IMG/VR virus record: IMGVR_UViG_3300021185_001174
Span: 1 to 64,000 of that record
DNA length: 64,000 nucleotides
DNA from: a virus
Reading direction: 5' to 3' (one strand)
Under the pieces are notes generated by a model. It made no database searches, was not told the DNA's origin, and was given only the letters and a program-made list of their open reading frames with translations. The position numbers and the translations under genes are program-made. Of the stretch, positions 20,435 through 29,165 are shown piece by piece (positions within the stretch are counted from its first letter, which is position 1; the number at the start of each line of letters is the position of its first letter).

Positions 20435-21157
20435 ATGGCACTACCAATTGTAAATTCCTCACGTTATGAGGTAACAATACCAAGTATGAATGTGAAGGTT
20501 GAATATAGACCTTTCTTAGTAAAAGAAGAAAAGTTACTAATGGTTGCACTAGAATCTAAGGATGATGGTTTAATTGTTAGGTCATTAAAGGATGTTATAC
20601 GCTCATGTGTGTATGACGATATTGATGTAAATAATCTAACTACCTTTGATTTAGAATTCTTATTTTTAAAATTAAGAGCAAAGTCAGTGGGTGAAACAGT
20701 AGAGTTGAAGTTTCCGTGCGAAGGTGAAGAATGTAAACAAACAATACCAGTTAGTCTTAATTTAGAAGAGATTGAGCTACAAGGTATCGACCCAGATAGA
20801 ATAGTAATGGTAACAGATGAGGTGGGAGTTCAGTTTAACTACCCATCACTAGATGTGATAGAGAGTGTAAGTATTAAACCTGAATCTTCTCAAGAAGAAC
20901 AACTAAAGGCGACTCTAGGTTTAATTGCTTCGGCTATTGGAAATATATTTGATGCTGATAATGTATATCCAGCGTCAGATAGTAGTACTAAAGAATTAAC
21001 AGAATTTCTTGATGAACTTAATTCAAGTCAGTTTAAAAAGATTGCAGATTGGTTTAGTAATTTACCTTATCTTGCAAAAGATGTAGAATATAAGTGTAAT
21101 AAATGTGGACATGAACATAATATGGAGTTAAGAGGTCTCCAAAGTTTTTTTACATAG
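20435..21157 (+). CDS. 26: Baseplate hub assembly protein gp26-like (tail assembly chaperone)
   Basis: MALP..YEVTIPS..VEYRPFLVKEEKLL..FDLEFLFLKLRAKSVGE; two CxxC-like pairs; ends GLQSFFT. Confidence 0.88.
   Translation: MALPIVNSSRYEVTIPSMNVKVEYRPFLVKEEKLLMVALESKDDGLIVRSLKDVIRSCVYDDIDVNNLTTFDLEFLFLKLRAKSVGETVELKFPCEGEECKQTIPVSLNLEEIELQGIDPDRIVMVTDEVGVQFNYPSLDVIESVSIKPESSQEEQLKATLGLIASAIGNIFDADNVYPASDSSTKELTEFLDELNSSQFKKIADWFSNLPYLAKDVEYKCNKCGHEHNMELRGLQSFFT
21145..21151 (+). other. Putative -1 ribosomal frameshift slippery heptamer T TTT TTT
   Basis: Sequence agT TTT TTT aca tag at the end of gp26; the -1 frame stays open for 65 codons into the gp51-like peptide; GAGG (21132-21135) lies 9 nt upstream. 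Confidence 0.65.
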
Positions 21158-21348
21158 GCCTTTGTCATGATTCACTAGTAAATCATTATAAAACAAACTT
21201 TGCTATGATGCAACATCATAAATATAGTTTAACTGAATTAGAAAATATGATACCATGGGAAAGAGAAATATATTTGGCTTTACTAGAAAATCATATTAAA
21301 GAAGAAAATGATAGGATAAGGGCTCAAAATAGAAAAGGAGGAATGTAA
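21151..21348 (+). CDS. 51: gp51-like baseplate hub assembly peptide (-1 frame extension of gp26; first ATG 21205 gives 47 aa)
   Basis: Hand translation YIGLCHDSLVNHYKTNFAMMQHHKYSLTELENMIPWEREIYLALLENHIKEENDRIRAQNRKGGM*; the MIPWEREIY motif is typical of gp51-like proteins; below the ORF track cut-off. Confidence 0.8.
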   Translation, partial: YIGLCHDSLVNHYKTNFAMMQHHKYSLTELENMIPWEREIYLALLENHIKEENDRIRAQNRKGGM

Positions 21349-21674
21349 TGGAAGAAGAATTAAAAAAGAGTGGACATCATCCAGCCGATGTTAATGGTGA
21401 TGGTTATGTTACTCCTGACGAACAGAAAATGTATTTAGAGTTTAAGAGAAAAGAACTTGAAGATGCAGATGCAATGAGAGATGCCCAAAGAAAGATGGCA
21501 TGGTTTGCTCTCGGTGGTATGTTACTATATCCATTTGCAGTTGTATTGGCAGTTCTTCTTGGATTAGATTCAGCAAGTAAAATTCTTGGAGATATGGCAG
21601 CGACATACTTCGTTGCAGTTGCAGGTATTGTAGCGGCATTCTTCGGGTCACAAGCATTTGGGAATAAGAAATAA
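21348..21674 (+). CDS. Small membrane protein with an EF-hand-like loop and two TM helices (holin-like)
   Basis: DVNGDGYVTPDE loop, two hydrophobic segments, basic C-terminus GNKK. Confidence 0.7.
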   Translation: MEEELKKSGHHPADVNGDGYVTPDEQKMYLEFKRKELEDADAMRDAQRKMAWFALGGMLLYPFAVVLAVLLGLDSASKILGDMAATYFVAVAGIVAAFFGSQAFGNKK

Positions 21675-21676
21675 TC

Positions 21677-23434
21677 ATGGCCGATAATAAAAAATTAAGA
21701 GAAAAGAATAAAAAGGAAGCAGCTGCAATAAAGAAAAAGCAACAAGAGTACCAAAATGAAAGAAAAGGTAATATGGTACAAATTGCTGAAGCACATAAAT
21801 CTCTCTTAGAAAGGGCCAATAAAGCCATACAAGATGGTAATAAGGAACAAGGTAAAGGTTTAAAAGAAAGGGCTTCACATTTTGCAAAAGTTCTTAATGG
21901 TGATGGCCGTAAACTTAGTAATGATTATTTAAAAAATATACTAGAAGCTTCTGAACAACAAGACCTAGACTCAAAACAAAATTTAGATGCAGTCAGACAG
22001 GCAATCGAAAAACAAACACAAGAAGATATTAAGTCCACAAAAAGGGCGGAGGCTGTAGCAGCAGCGGCACCTCTTTCTGAAGGACTTGCAGGAATTTCTG
22101 AAAATATAGCAAGGGCCAATGCGGCCGAAGTGGCCAGAGAAAAACTTGGCCAGAATACTATGGGCAAAAGACTTGATAAACTAGGTAATGTATTTGGTAA
22201 AGCCGCAAGTGTGGCTGATGTAAAAAGAGCCAAGGAATTAAAAGAACAATATAAAAGAGTATCCGAAGCACTAGAAAATGCAAAGGCTGGTGGTAGTGAA
22301 GAAGAGATTGAATTAGCACAACAACAAGTAGATGCACTAGATGCAACAGTAGGTGACGAAGAGAGTAGAAGAGAACAAAGTAAAAAGGCTGACGAGGCCA
22401 ATAGCATACTTCATGGTATAAAAGGTTATAGTGAAGAAATGGCTAGTAAGTTTGGAGATTTAGCAAAGGGTGGTGGATTTATCGCTGGTCTTGCTGGTGT
22501 AGTTCTTGCTCTCTTTAGTCCAGAAACATTTATTAAAATAGTAAATACTGCAATTGAAAAGGTTATGGTAATAGTTGACTTTATTAAAGACCTTTTCGAA
22601 CTTGATTTTGCAAGTGCATTCGAAACTTTTAAAGAAAATCTTGGACTGTTCTCTCTTATTGCTGGAGGTATACTTATATACTTTGGCCCTGCATTAATAG
22701 GTGGTATAATTTCTGTAGTTAATGTAGTTAAGACTGTAGGACTCTTTATGAGAGTAACAATGTTTCCTGCAATAACTACTATGTTTACTTCAATGGCCAC
22801 AGCATTCAGTGGTATGTTAGCCGCAATGGCTCCATTCTTAGTTCCTATTCTTGTGGTTGTAGCCATCATAGGTGCAATAGTTGGTACTGTTATGTTACTT
22901 AGAAATAGTTTAGGCGAAGGCGCTACTATGATGGACGGACTATTATTAGGTTGGAGTTATATTAAAGATGGATTTGCAAGAGTTAAAAATATGTTCTTAA
23001 CTTTGGCAGAAAGTATTATAAGTGGTTTAGATTGGGTTAATCCTATATTAGAATTCTTTGGTAAAGCACCAATTGCGTTTAATGAGATTAAATTTGACAG
23101 AGCCGCTACTGATAATGCACAAAAATTTAGAGATGGCCAAGCCGAAAGAGTTGCCGCAAGAAAAAGAGAAGAGGCAGAAGCTAAATTAGATGCCGCCCGT
23201 CAATCCAAGGCGGCCCAAGATTCTGCTGCTCTAGAAGCTGGAAAGTTAGGTACAACTTCATCAGAGGCTGCATCCATAAGTTCATTCGAAGCCGCAATGG
23301 CTAAAGGAATGAGTATGAATACAGGTAGTCAGGTTGTTGGTGTTAATAAAACAGATATTAATAACTCTGTAGTTGTAGGTGTTGGTGGAACAACAGAAGG
23401 AAATAGAGCTCTTAGAAATTCTGATAGTATGTAA
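21677..23434 (+). CDS. Tape measure protein (gp29-like)
   Basis: 585 aa with an Ala/Lys/Glu-rich coiled N-terminus and central hydrophobic helices; follows the tail chaperone genes; T4 gp29 is of similar length. Confidence 0.7.
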   Translation: MADNKKLREKNKKEAAAIKKKQQEYQNERKGNMVQIAEAHKSLLERANKAIQDGNKEQGKGLKERASHFAKVLNGDGRKLSNDYLKNILEASEQQDLDSKQNLDAVRQAIEKQTQEDIKSTKRAEAVAAAAPLSEGLAGISENIARANAAEVAREKLGQNTMGKRLDKLGNVFGKAASVADVKRAKELKEQYKRVSEALENAKAGGSEEEIELAQQQVDALDATVGDEESRREQSKKADEANSILHGIKGYSEEMASKFGDLAKGGGFIAGLAGVVLALFSPETFIKIVNTAIEKVMVIVDFIKDLFELDFASAFETFKENLGLFSLIAGGILIYFGPALIGGIISVVNVVKTVGLFMRVTMFPAITTMFTSMATAFSGMLAAMAPFLVPILVVVAIIGAIVGTVMLLRNSLGEGATMMDGLLLGWSYIKDGFARVKNMFLTLAESIISGLDWVNPILEFFGKAPIAFNEIKFDRAATDNAQKFRDGQAERVAARKREEAEAKLDAARQSKAAQDSAALEAGKLGTTSSEAASISSFEAAMAKGMSMNTGSQVVGVNKTDINNSVVVGVGGTTEGNRALRNSDSM

Positions 23435-23435
23435 T

Positions 23436-23460
23436 AAAAAAAGGGACCCCGAAGGGTCCC
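23436..23460 (-). terminator. Rho-independent terminator for gene 32, with a C-UUCG-G tetraloop
   Basis: Minus strand GGGACCC-TTCG-GGGTCCC-TTTTTTT; perfect 7-bp stem between convergent genes. Confidence 0.9.
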
Positions 23461-23486
23461 AAAGTTCCATTTATAATTATTAATTA

Positions 23487-24389
23487 TTAGGAATCATTTG
23501 CAAGTTTTGCAAAGTATGATAGTGTATCATCATCACCACTAGAAGAACTTTCTACAGCAGGAGCCGCTTCCGCAGTCTGCATAGTTGGTGCTTCCATGAC
23601 ATCTGATACTACTGGTTCTGGCGCTGATACGTGTCCAGCATCCACCCCTAGTACTCTATTCAACTTAGTCTTTAATTCATCATAAGACTTATAGTTTTCA
23701 GGTTTAAGGAAGTCTTGAAGAGCATATAGTTTCCCATAAACATCTTCTAGCCTATTCTCATCACCTTCATGTAGAGCAGTTGGTTTAGAAAACTCTGACT
23801 TATCATAGTTTACCCAGCCTTCTACTTTACGGATTTTAATTTTAAAGTCCGCACCTTCCCAGAAATCATAAGGATTGCATGGTGTTTCATCTTCAAAAGC
23901 AGGTTGCATAGCTTCCATAATCTTATCAAAGATTTTCTTACCAAACTTATAAAGGAATACTTTACCTTCATTCTCTGGATTACTAGGGTCAGAAACAACT
24001 AGTACATTACTTACATAATGAAGTCTACGTTTCCTATCTCTAGCAATAGTTTTATCTTCATCTCTACCAGAGTTCCATAGAACCGAGTTCATTTCTGATA
24101 CTGGGTCTGGTTGTCCAATAGAAGTTAAAGAATTTTCGATATACCATAAACCATTTGGGCCTTTAAAGCCATGGTCCCAGTATCTCACCCATGGAAGGTC
24201 TTCACCTTCTGTACAAGGTAAAAATCTAATTACGGCATAACCGTTACCAGCTTTATCTCTTGTGGGTTTCCAGAATCTATCATCCCCGTAGGAATTGGAT
24301 TCTTTCTTAGTGGTTGAAACTGCTTCTGCAGCCTTTACGAGTTTATCAATAGATGAGCCTCGTGAGCTCTTTAAGTTAGCAAATGACAT
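23487..24389 (-). CDS. 32: Single-stranded DNA-binding protein gp32
   Basis: DDRFWKPTRDKAGNGYAVIRFLP..YWDHGFKGPNGLWYIENSLTSIGQPDPV..YKFGKKIFDKI; acidic tail DDDTLSYFAKLA. Confidence 0.97.
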   Translation of the reverse strand: MSFANLKSSRGSSIDKLVKAAEAVSTTKKESNSYGDDRFWKPTRDKAGNGYAVIRFLPCTEGEDLPWVRYWDHGFKGPNGLWYIENSLTSIGQPDPVSEMNSVLWNSGRDEDKTIARDRKRRLHYVSNVLVVSDPSNPENEGKVFLYKFGKKIFDKIMEAMQPAFEDETPCNPYDFWEGADFKIKIRKVEGWVNYDKSEFSKPTALHEGDENRLEDVYGKLYALQDFLKPENYKSYDELKTKLNRVLGVDAGHVSAPEPVVSDVMEAPTMQTAEAAPAVESSSSGDDDTLSYFAKLANDS

Positions 24390-24453
24390 ATTTATTTCTC
24401 CGTATATTGCATTGTATTACTGAATTATCCACTTTGTACATAATATAAGTTAT

Positions 24454-24482
24454 ATTATACTACACTTTCATGCAGTTGTAAA
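24454..24482 (-). promoter_or_regulatory. Sigma70-type early promoter (gene 32)
   Basis: TTTACA-17-TATAAT with AAGTGTAG just before the -10. Confidence 0.8.
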
Positions 24483-25067
24483 CCCTTTTCTTAATAAATT
24501 TTTACATTTATTTCCATCAAAGTTTACGAATGGGGTATACTTCTTGATTCTCCTTTTAAGGTCAGGCCACATAATCGTGTCACTAATCTTATTGGATTCT
24601 CTTTCAACAAACCCCAACATTGAATCCAAGATACAAACAGTCTCTAAACTAATCTCTTCTTGCATCAATAGTTCTATAATAAGAGGTATCTGTCCTTCTT
24701 TAGATTGAAACAACCCATCAAAACCAACCTCGTTTACATCACTTAGTTTATTTATATCGATTGAAAACACTCTATGGATACTTTCTCTTATTCTTTTATA
24801 GTTATTATAGTTATCTTCACCTTCATGGTTCATCATATCACCAACGTAAGATACTCCTTGTTTGAAATTAGATACATAATACCCAATAACATCCTTCTCG
24901 TAATTCTTACCAATCTTAGCAAAGAAATACTTATCTCTCCTTTTCAGAAAAGAGTTTGAGGTTACATTTGATTTATAGTTATACTTAATCGCATCATAAC
25001 TATCAGTTTCAAAATGTAACTTCAAAGCATTGTAAATCTTGTAAGAGTCAAATGGGTCCATTCTCAA
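24468..25067 (-). CDS. 59: Helicase loader gp59
   Basis: FDSYKIYNALKLHFETDSYDAIKYNYK..FLKRRDKYFFAKI..ISLETVCILD; upstream of gene 32 as in T4. Confidence 0.88.
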   Translation of the reverse strand: MRMDPFDSYKIYNALKLHFETDSYDAIKYNYKSNVTSNSFLKRRDKYFFAKIGKNYEKDVIGYYVSNFKQGVSYVGDMMNHEGEDNYNNYKRIRESIHRVFSIDINKLSDVNEVGFDGLFQSKEGQIPLIIELLMQEEISLETVCILDSMLGFVERESNKISDTIMWPDLKRRIKKYTPFVNFDGNKCKNLLRKGFTTA

Positions 25068-25324
25068 ACCATTACGCCTTCATATAGGGCTTCTAAATCT
25101 TCTACATCACCCACGACTTGGCTTAAATTTTGTTTATGATAGATAGTCGCCATCTTTCTTAGATGCTTCTTATCAATCTCTACATCTTCTACGCAAGAGT
25201 TTACTGCCTCTTTAATAAAAGTTCTTTGTGCGTCCATCATAGTCATTGCATTTGAAATCTCTTCAATACAACCTTTGATTCTTTTCTTATCTTCATCTGA
25301 AGATGGGATTATTACATTACTCAT
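25064..25324 (-). CDS. dsbA: DsbA-like double-stranded DNA binding protein
   Basis: LRKMATIYHKQN..VEDLEALYE pattern; position between 33 and 59 as in T4. Confidence 0.75.
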   Translation of the reverse strand: MSNVIIPSSDEDKKRIKGCIEEISNAMTMMDAQRTFIKEAVNSCVEDVEIDKKHLRKMATIYHKQNLSQVVGDVEDLEALYEGVMV

Positions 25325-25338
25325 TTACTGCTCCTATA

Positions 25339-25617
25339 TTATATTGGTAATTTATTGGTTTTACTTGCACCTCGGATAAGATTTAAAGTATTAGCTTCGT
25401 GTTCTATCTTATCTCTTAGTGAATCGGTTAATAACTTTTTAAGACTTTGGTATTGCATACCTCGTTCTTCTATAATCATAACTGCCGCATCTATGTAACT
25501 AACATCTGGTTTGTCGGCAACTAAATTTTCTACGGCCAATGAAAATCTTTTCTTAGTCATAATCTTGTGTTGAAATATTTTTTTCTCTTCTGTCATAATG
25601 TCCTTAGTAAAATACAA
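25339..25617 (-). CDS. 33: Late promoter transcription co-activator gp33
   Basis: MTKKRFSLAVE..SYIDAAVMIIEE..LLTDSLRDKIEHEANTLNLI. Confidence 0.88.
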   Translation of the reverse strand: MYFTKDIMTEEKKIFQHKIMTKKRFSLAVENLVADKPDVSYIDAAVMIIEERGMQYQSLKKLLTDSLRDKIEHEANTLNLIRGASKTNKLPI

Positions 25618-26777
25618 TCTGAGTTAATCCTGCCGTTAGGAGAATTAACCTTAGTTGTAATCTGGTCTTTCCAAACTTGTTTAGCAATTTGTTTGGAAGT
25701 CTTAGTTAATATTAAAGGTAGTATCACATCTGGTTTTCTCAACTTAGTACACTTAGATAATTTCTCATCAAAGTTTTTAATTGTGGTACCGCCCACTTCA
25801 AACCCTTTAGTTGAATTAGTAACATATTCATATAGGTTACGGTTTTTAGTATTAAACACCCAGAGGGTTTCTTGGCCGGGGATTTGAATAGGATTAATAG
25901 AAGATAGTTTGTATTCCATATCTTCTAATTTAAATTTTAAGTTCTTTATTTGAGCATCAGAAGCCTTTGGTTTCCTAGCCCTTGGTGTCTTAGATGCCTT
26001 GAATGATATCTGAAGTTTATCCAAGTCCGAATAAACACCATCCATCTGTTTCATCATCTTCTTTTTATTGGCTGTAGATATATGACTATAACCTTCTACT
26101 GCCTGTTCACATCTTTTATGTAACGCATCACCAACTTCTTGATAGTATTGGTCAATTATTTTCTTAAAGGGAGCAATGGCATTACCCTTAAGATTATTTT
26201 TCTTAAAGAGTGCGAATACATCTATTGAAGCCTTGAAGTTATTATCTAGCCAACCTTCAACAATTGTATCATCCCATTCAGTATAGATAGTATCCATCAT
26301 TTTCCTGCGAGTTCTTTCTGCAATGGATATTACTTTAGGTGCATCTTTTTTCTTTTCTTCTAGTACTTCTTCTACTAGTTTTGCGGCCTCTAACTTTTCT
26401 CTTGCAGACTTAGTAAAGCCTTTTATCTCTTCTTCTGTGTATTCATAGCCACGATAGAATAACCTTGCTGACTTACCGAGAGGGAAAGTTATTAGATGGT
26501 CTTTTAACTTCTTAAAAGTCTTTGCTTCTTCTTTAGTAAGACCACATACTTCTTCTACAAAATCAATTACATAAGGTACATAATCTTTTGTTTTATAAAA
26601 GTAGTTATACCAATGGGCACCTTTTGTCCAAAGTCTTAGTCGGACTTTATCTTCTACTTTGCCGGGTGTTGTTTCACCTGGATTATATACTGGTTCTGCA
26701 CCTAGGTGTTGGTCTTCAATACTAACCCTATTCCTGCGACCTTTCTTTCTTATTGATTCTAATCTTTTACTTACCAT
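25593..26777 (-). CDS. Conserved hypothetical protein of marine T4-like phages
   Basis: 394-aa ORF with SD AGGAG and its own promoter; C-terminal LWVFNTKNR..GTTIKNFDE..SKCTKLRKP..GRINSDCILL. Confidence 0.8.
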   Translation of the reverse strand: MVSKRLESIRKKGRRNRVSIEDQHLGAEPVYNPGETTPGKVEDKVRLRLWTKGAHWYNYFYKTKDYVPYVIDFVEEVCGLTKEEAKTFKKLKDHLITFPLGKSARLFYRGYEYTEEEIKGFTKSAREKLEAAKLVEEVLEEKKKDAPKVISIAERTRRKMMDTIYTEWDDTIVEGWLDNNFKASIDVFALFKKNNLKGNAIAPFKKIIDQYYQEVGDALHKRCEQAVEGYSHISTANKKKMMKQMDGVYSDLDKLQISFKASKTPRARKPKASDAQIKNLKFKLEDMEYKLSSINPIQIPGQETLWVFNTKNRNLYEYVTNSTKGFEVGGTTIKNFDEKLSKCTKLRKPDVILPLILTKTSKQIAKQVWKDQITTKVNSPNGRINSDCILLRTL

Positions 26778-26806
26778 AATTTTAAATACTCCTAATTAAT
26801 AATACT

Positions 26807-26835
26807 ATTATACTACACTTTGTGTATAATGTAAA
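26807..26835 (-). promoter_or_regulatory. Sigma70-type early promoter
   Basis: TTTACA-17-TATAAT with AAGTGTAG. Confidence 0.8.
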
Positions 26836-26885
26836 GGGGCCAGAGATATAAATTGTAAATTAAAAGGAGTAATATCTCTGACCCC
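26836..26885 (-). terminator. 14-bp stem-loop (one G-U pair) with a 22-nt loop, terminator-like, abutting the next promoter
   Basis: Plus strand GGGGCCAGAGATAT...ATATCTCTGACCCC; fully paired as minus-strand RNA and followed by UUUACAUU. Confidence 0.6.
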
Positions 26886-26892
26886 GTGACTG

Positions 26893-27150
26893 CTACTCAA
26901 CAAGTAACTGTTGATAATTCTTTATTCCTTGAACATAGTTCTCTGCCGCATCTTCTGCGAAGTATTCGTTGTGACCTTTAAACCATTCAATGCCTAGTAG
27001 ATTATTATCTACATACATTTTGATTCCAAAATTACGAGGGTCTCCGACAGTTCTTAGAACTTCTGCTTTACGATTTGAATACTCACCTTGGCCGGCGTAT
27101 TCGCTTAATAACATATACTTCATTATTTTTCTCCGTATGTTTCTTCCCAT
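26893..27150 (-). CDS. Hypothetical early protein (probable start MKYMLLSEY)
   Basis: ORF in the early gene cluster; GHNEYFAEDAAENYVQG. Confidence 0.7.
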   Translation of the reverse strand: MGRNIRRKIMKYMLLSEYAGQGEYSNRKAEVLRTVGDPRNFGIKMYVDNNLLGIEWFKGHNEYFAEDAAENYVQGIKNYQQLLVE

Positions 27151-27326
27151 TCAACTCTAGCAATTTCCATTATCTGCTCGTTGTTTAGGTCTGGGTATTT
27201 AACCTTAAGTGATTTGATTAAATAGTGTCTTCGGTCAGCATCTCTAACGAGTAGAAATGCACCTGAACATAAATAAACAAAAACTACTAGGCCAACTAAA
27301 CTAAAAATTACATTTAAAATATCCAT
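27123..27326 (-). CDS. Small membrane protein
   Basis: N-terminal TM helix; SD GGAAAG upstream. Confidence 0.65.
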   Translation of the reverse strand: MDILNVIFSLVGLVVFVYLCSGAFLLVRDADRRHYLIKSLKVKYPDLNNEQIMEIARVEWEETYGEK

Positions 27327-27328
27327 AA

Positions 27329-27637
27329 TTACTTTCCTATGTGTTTCACGTCTTCGCGTGGTATTACTTGATATGCCCCTTTATTATATGCCGGGGCGAT
27401 TGTGAAGTTTTTACTTTCTTCTTTCTTCCAACTATTATCTTCAGGTATTACTGGTGGAGATAATGGTGCGGATGGGTAATTTGGTGTTTCTCTAGCATAA
27501 GTTTTATTCTGAGCTGGAGTCGACCAATTAAAATCTTTCATAGTCTTTGACTTACTAGCTGACATTGATTTAGTCTTACGCTTCTTTCCCGATGGTCCAT
27601 ATTTTAATGAACCTGCATAGAAATTAGTAACACCCAT
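27329..27637 (-). CDS. Conserved hypothetical protein of T4-like phages
   Basis: C-terminal FTIAPAYNKGAYQVIPREDVKHIGK motif. Confidence 0.75.
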   Translation of the reverse strand: MGVTNFYAGSLKYGPSGKKRKTKSMSASKSKTMKDFNWSTPAQNKTYARETPNYPSAPLSPPVIPEDNSWKKEESKNFTIAPAYNKGAYQVIPREDVKHIGK

Positions 27638-27786
27638 TATGAGACAATACTCCTAGAAATGTTTGAGATATATTTATCGGTGAGTTCTCTTTGTTTAGTT
27701 CTCCACATGATTTTACAATCTCTATTCTTGGCTCTCTTTTCGGCTTTCTTAAGTGAAGCCATTCTTTCTTTATATTTTAAAACCAT
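27637..27786 (-). CDS. Small basic hypothetical protein (49 aa, not in track)
   Basis: Hand translation MVLKYKERMASLKKAEKRAKNRDCKIMWRTKQRELTDKYISNISRSIVS*; fills the gap exactly, and its stop overlaps the next ATG. Confidence 0.6.
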   Translation of the reverse strand: MVLKYKERMASLKKAEKRAKNRDCKIMWRTKQRELTDKYISNISRSIVS

Positions 27787-27787
27787 C

Positions 27788-28057
27788 TTAATAGTCCCAA
27801 TCGTTCTTTGTTGCCTGATATGTTTCCATATAACTACTACCTGCGAGATAATCTCGTGTCTGTTTATCAGTGTAGTGCCTATTCTTGTCGTGAAAACATT
27901 CTAAACTATTAGGTGACTGATGTGAAGCCTTTGCAATTGCCTTGTTTAATTTGGCCATTGTATTAATTGACTTCTTTCTCTTGTCTATTCGAGCAGTTGT
28001 TTTTTTCATGTTGTGCCTTTCTTGAGCTTCTTTTATCATTTCTAATCTAGTTTTCAT
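27788..28057 (-). CDS. Hypothetical early protein
   Basis: SD AAGGAG; directly behind the promoter at 28082-28110. Confidence 0.75.
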   Translation of the reverse strand: MKTRLEMIKEAQERHNMKKTTARIDKRKKSINTMAKLNKAIAKASHQSPNSLECFHDKNRHYTDKQTRDYLAGSSYMETYQATKNDWDY

Positions 28058-28081
28058 ATAGTCTCCTTAGTTTACTAATAT

Positions 28082-28110
28082 AGTATATCACGCTTTATAA
28101 TAAATGTAAA
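28082..28110 (-). promoter_or_regulatory. Sigma70-type early promoter with A-tract UP element
   Basis: TTTACA-17-TATACT. Confidence 0.75.
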
Positions 28111-28145
28111 GTGTTTTTTTCATTTTTTTTCATTTTTTTGCAAAG

Positions 28146-28163
28146 TGTAACATTTATGTAACA
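28146..28163. promoter_or_regulatory. TGTAACA direct repeat x2, 11-bp period
   Basis: Copies at 28146 and 28157; the first begins 36 bp beyond the outer edge of the -35 box. Confidence 0.55.
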
Positions 28164-28168
28164 CTAAA

Positions 28169-28498
28169 TTACTTTAATAATGCTATTATCGCCTTTAATA
28201 CTTCTTGAGCAATTAGTCTTGATTCTGTTGCGGCCAGTTGTTCAAGTTGGCCCTGTACTATTATATACTTTGCTAGGTTGTTAATAAGAAGTATTAATCC
28301 TGCTCCGTTGAGTAGGATAAGTGCCCTATCTTCCCATAAGATTGATACCCATAACCATAATGTGATACCAACTATAGAAAGCATAAGGTCTATTAATTGA
28401 AATTCTGGAATGCCACGGACTGACATTGCACTTAATACTATTATTGAAGCAATCCACTTAATATACCAATCAAGTGATTTACCCTTAGTTCTTGCCAC
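28169..28498 (-). CDS. Small multi-TM membrane protein (probable GTG start at 28498 overlapping the upstream stop)
   Basis: DWYIKWIASIIVLSAM..LWLWVSILWEDRALILLN; three hydrophobic helices. Confidence 0.7.
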   Translation of the reverse strand: MARTKGKSLDWYIKWIASIIVLSAMSVRGIPEFQLIDLMLSIVGITLWLWVSILWEDRALILLNGAGLILLINNLAKYIIVQGQLEQLAATESRLIAQEVLKAIIALLK

Positions 28499-29067
28499 TA
28501 TACTGCAACTCCTGTAACTTCTTCTTGCTCCATTTGCAAGTCGCATCTCGTTAAGTATTTTTGTAGTTCTTGATGGCCAAGTAACTGAGAACCATCATCC
28601 ATAATGAAGTTAACACTATAGTTGGCTCTTTCCTGATTAGGACCCATTGTCCATTTCTCATTCTTGGAAAGAATTTCTTCCCTCATCCAACCAAACTCTC
28701 CATTGGCCGTATTCCTTTCGCAAGTAATACTTCCGTCCGAATCTATATTGATGAAATAAGGATTGTCCCATTCTTCAATTGCCAGAGGAGCAGGATTTGC
28801 CAAGAGTTGAACATCAATGACATACTCTTGCTGAGCATCATCTGACACTGAAATTGCCTTTACAACTTCTGGGAAATACCTATGGAGTATATCATACCCA
28901 TTTAAATTAGGCTCATCGCCACTACCGAGAACCTCATCACCTACGTTCTCCAGAACATAAGCAGAACCACCTTTATATTTCCAGTACGGGTCTGAAACAC
29001 CATGGACATAATCATCATTGCCCCAAGCATAGTTTTCTTTGTACTGTGTATTTATTAATAGTTTCAT
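28498..29067 (-). CDS. Hypothetical early protein
   Basis: MKLLINTQYKENYAW..YWKYKGGSAY; SD GGAG; behind the promoter at 29102-29130. Confidence 0.75.
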   Translation of the reverse strand: MKLLINTQYKENYAWGNDDYVHGVSDPYWKYKGGSAYVLENVGDEVLGSGDEPNLNGYDILHRYFPEVVKAISVSDDAQQEYVIDVQLLANPAPLAIEEWDNPYFINIDSDGSITCERNTANGEFGWMREEILSKNEKWTMGPNQERANYSVNFIMDDGSQLLGHQELQKYLTRCDLQMEQEEVTGVAV

Positions 29068-29101
29068 AGGTTTCTCCGTTTAATTTCTAATTTACTAGTA
29101 T

Positions 29102-29130
29102 ATTATAACTGGTTTTTGCACAAATGTAAA
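29102..29130 (-). promoter_or_regulatory. Sigma70-type early promoter with A-tract UP element
   Basis: TTTACA-17-TATAAT. Confidence 0.8.
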
Positions 29131-29165
29131 GTGTTTTTTTCATTTTTTTAAAGAATTTTCATAAC

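Noticed and set aside
24390-24453. T4-like autoregulatory pseudoknot in the gene 32 leader
   Set aside because: The leader is AU-rich as expected, but I could build only a weak 4-bp stem; no supported pseudoknot.
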